Shown here piece after piece: positions 18,500-20,000 of a stretch of DNA of 20,000 nucleotides. The position numbers and the translations under genes were made by a program. Below the pieces are notes generated by a model, which saw only the letters and a program-made list of their open reading frames with translations, did not search any database and was not told the DNA's origin. Origin of the DNA: Chiloscyllium plagiosum. Taxonomy: Eukaryota. Every line of letters starts with the position of its first letter. The first letter of the stretch is position 1. Location of the stretch: positions 15,097,694-15,117,693 of the forward strand of contig NC_057718.1 of assembly GCF_004010195.1 (NCBI RefSeq), in the 5' to 3' direction.

Positions 18500-19170
18500 T
18501 TGTACAGCACAGAAACAGACTCTTCGGTCCAACTTGTCCACGCTGACCAGATATCATAACCTAATCTAGTCCCACTTGCCAATCCTTCGCCTATATCCCT
18601 CTAAACCCTCCCCATTCATATACCCACCCAGATGCCTTGTAAATGCTGTAATTGTACCAGCCTCCATCATTTCCTCTGGCAGCTCATTCCATACCTACAT
18701 AAACCTCTGTGTGAAAACATTGCCTTTTAGGTGCCTTTAATATCTTTCCCCTCTCACCCTAAACTTATGTCCTCCAGTTCTGGACTCCCACAACCCAGGG
18801 AACAGATTTTGTCTATTTATCCTATGCATGCCCCTTATGATTTTCGAAACCTCTTTAAGGTCACCCCAGAGCCTCCAACGCTCCAGGGAAAACAGCCCCA
18901 GCCACTTCAGCCTCTCCTTATAGCTCAAATCCTCCAACCCTGGCAACATCCTTGTAAAATCTTTTCTGAACCCTTTCAACTTTCACAACATCTTTCCAAC
19001 AGGAAGGAGACCAGAATTGCACACAATATTCCAAAAGTGGTTTAACTAATGTCCTGTAGAGCCACAACGTGACCTCCCAACTTATACTCAATGCTCTAAG
19101 TCAATAAAGGAAAGCGGACTAAATGTCTTCTTCGCTATCCTATCTACCTGCGATTCTACTTTCAAGAAGC
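18500..19170 (-). mobile_element. CR1 (HER1-like) ORF2 3' end and tail
   Basis: FTRMLPGLEDLSYKERLKWLGLFSLERWRLWGDLKEVSKIIRGMHRIN...SRTGGHKFRVRGERY, with the tail reverse complement at 18501-18535. Confidence 0.92.
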
Positions 19171-20000
19171 TTTTTTGCAGCAGAGAGCGGCGGGAGCTGG
19201 GCGGAAGTGAAGTCGGAGTGCAAAGTCGGTCGGAAAGGTAAGTGATTGTTATTTGAGTGGAGAAGGAATCCGAGACACTACACGTGTAGTGTCTCCCACC
19301 CTCCCTCCTATTCTAAACTAAAAAATAAAGGACTCAGTTGGCTGAACAGGTAAGCTACTTAGTGTTCTTGTTTTGGAGACGAAGTGTAGAGCTATGGCAG
19401 TGCAGGCAGTGGAATGTTCCTCCTGCAGGATGTTCGAGGTGGGGGTGACCACCGATGCTCCTGCCGACTTCACCTGCAGGAGGTGCAGCCAGCTCCAGCT
19501 CCTCACAGACCGCGTTAGGGAACTGGAGCTGGCGTTGGATGAACTGAGAATTCTTCGAGAGGCTGAGAGGGTGATAGATAGAAGCTACAGGGACATAGTT
19601 ACGCCAGAGAACAGAGGTAGCTGGGTAACAGTTAGAGGTGGGAAGGGGAGGAAGCAGGCAGTGCAGGGAACTCCTGTGGTCGTTCCCCTCAACAATAAGT
19701 ATACCGCTTTGGATACTGTGGTTGGGGGTGACGGCCGAGCAGGGGTAAGCTGCAGTGACCGGGTCTCTGGCACGAGGTCCGGCTCTGAGGCTCAGAAGGG
19801 AAAGGGGGAGAGGAGGAGAGCGCTAGTTATAGGAGACTCTCTCGTTAGAGGGACAGACAGGCGGTTCTGTGGACGTGGGCGAGACTCTTGGATGGTTTGT
19901 TGCCTCCCGGGTGCCAGGGTCCGAGACGTCTCGGACTGTGTCTTCAGAATCCTTAAGGGGGAGGGTGTGCACCAGAAGTCGTGGTGCATGTTGGCACCAA
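19171..20000 (+). mobile_element. 5' end of a young CR1-clade LINE (5' UTR and ORF1), running off the window
   Basis: CpG-containing 5' UTR followed by an uninterrupted ORF1 with zinc finger, leucine zipper and GDS esterase motifs. Confidence 0.9.
19394..20000 (+). CDS. CR1 ORF1p (CxxC..CxxC zinc finger, leucine zipper, SGNH/GDSL esterase), partial; probable 1-bp frameshift near 19970
   Basis: MAVQAVECSSCRMFEV...FTCRRCSQLQLLTDRVRELELALDELRILRE...VPLNNKYTALD...ALVIGDSLVRGTDRRFCG..MVCCLPGARVRDV..ILKGEG. The expected PEVVVHVGT continues in a shifted frame. Absent from the ORF track because there is no stop in the window. Confidence 0.88.
   Translation, partial: MAVQAVECSSCRMFEVGVTTDAPADFTCRRCSQLQLLTDRVRELELALDELRILREAERVIDRSYRDIVTPENRGSWVTVRGGKGRKQAVQGTPVVVPLNNKYTALDTVVGGDGRAGVSCSDRVSGTRSGSEAQKGKGERRRALVIGDSLVRGTDRRFCGRGRDSWMVCCLPGARVRDVSDCVFRILKGEGVHQKSWCMLAP

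Noticed and set aside
17282..18569. ORFs of 63-109 aa (17282-17548, 18178-18369, 18240-18569) as host genes
   Set aside because: No recognisable domains or convincing splice context, lengths expected by chance, and one runs through a microsatellite and a CR1 tail.
19171..19345. HDV-like ribozyme at the CR1 5' end
   Set aside because: I could not build the nested double pseudoknot by eye; only the simple palindrome is supported.
18500..20000. A single CR1 with a 5' inversion at 19170
   Set aside because: The + segment starts at a genuine 5' UTR and looks much younger than the decayed minus segment. A separate insertion into or next to the older copy is simpler, and its other end is outside the window.

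Overview
Eukaryotic, repeat-dominated genomic DNA, almost certainly from an elasmobranch (shark). This is inferred from the HE1 V-SINEs, the HER1/CR1-type LINE tails and a DeuSINE-like fragment. No host protein-coding exon, true tRNA/rRNA gene or CRISPR array could be supported. 185-6257 is one ancient minus-strand CR1 LINE broken up by nested insertions: two tRNA-derived SINEs, a Rex1-like LINE and a younger CR1. Inside those sit two Penelope-like (PLE) insertions and a 54-bp CR1 tail, and most of these insertions have readable target-site duplications (TSDs). 7739-12715 is a 5'-intact but decayed L1 with a 12-bp TSD. The right half holds scattered SINEs, CR1 3' fragments and unique AT-rich DNA, and ends in the 5' UTR and ORF1 of a young CR1. 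The most notable signals are minimal hammerhead-ribozyme motifs in the PLE terminal repeats, a shared asymmetric inverted-repeat architecture with a 35-nt tail in two independent PLE insertions, and structured or regulatory motifs in the L1 and CR1 5' UTRs. These extend known retroelement biology. I do not see convincing evidence of a wholly new system. All family assignments come from motif recognition, not database searches.
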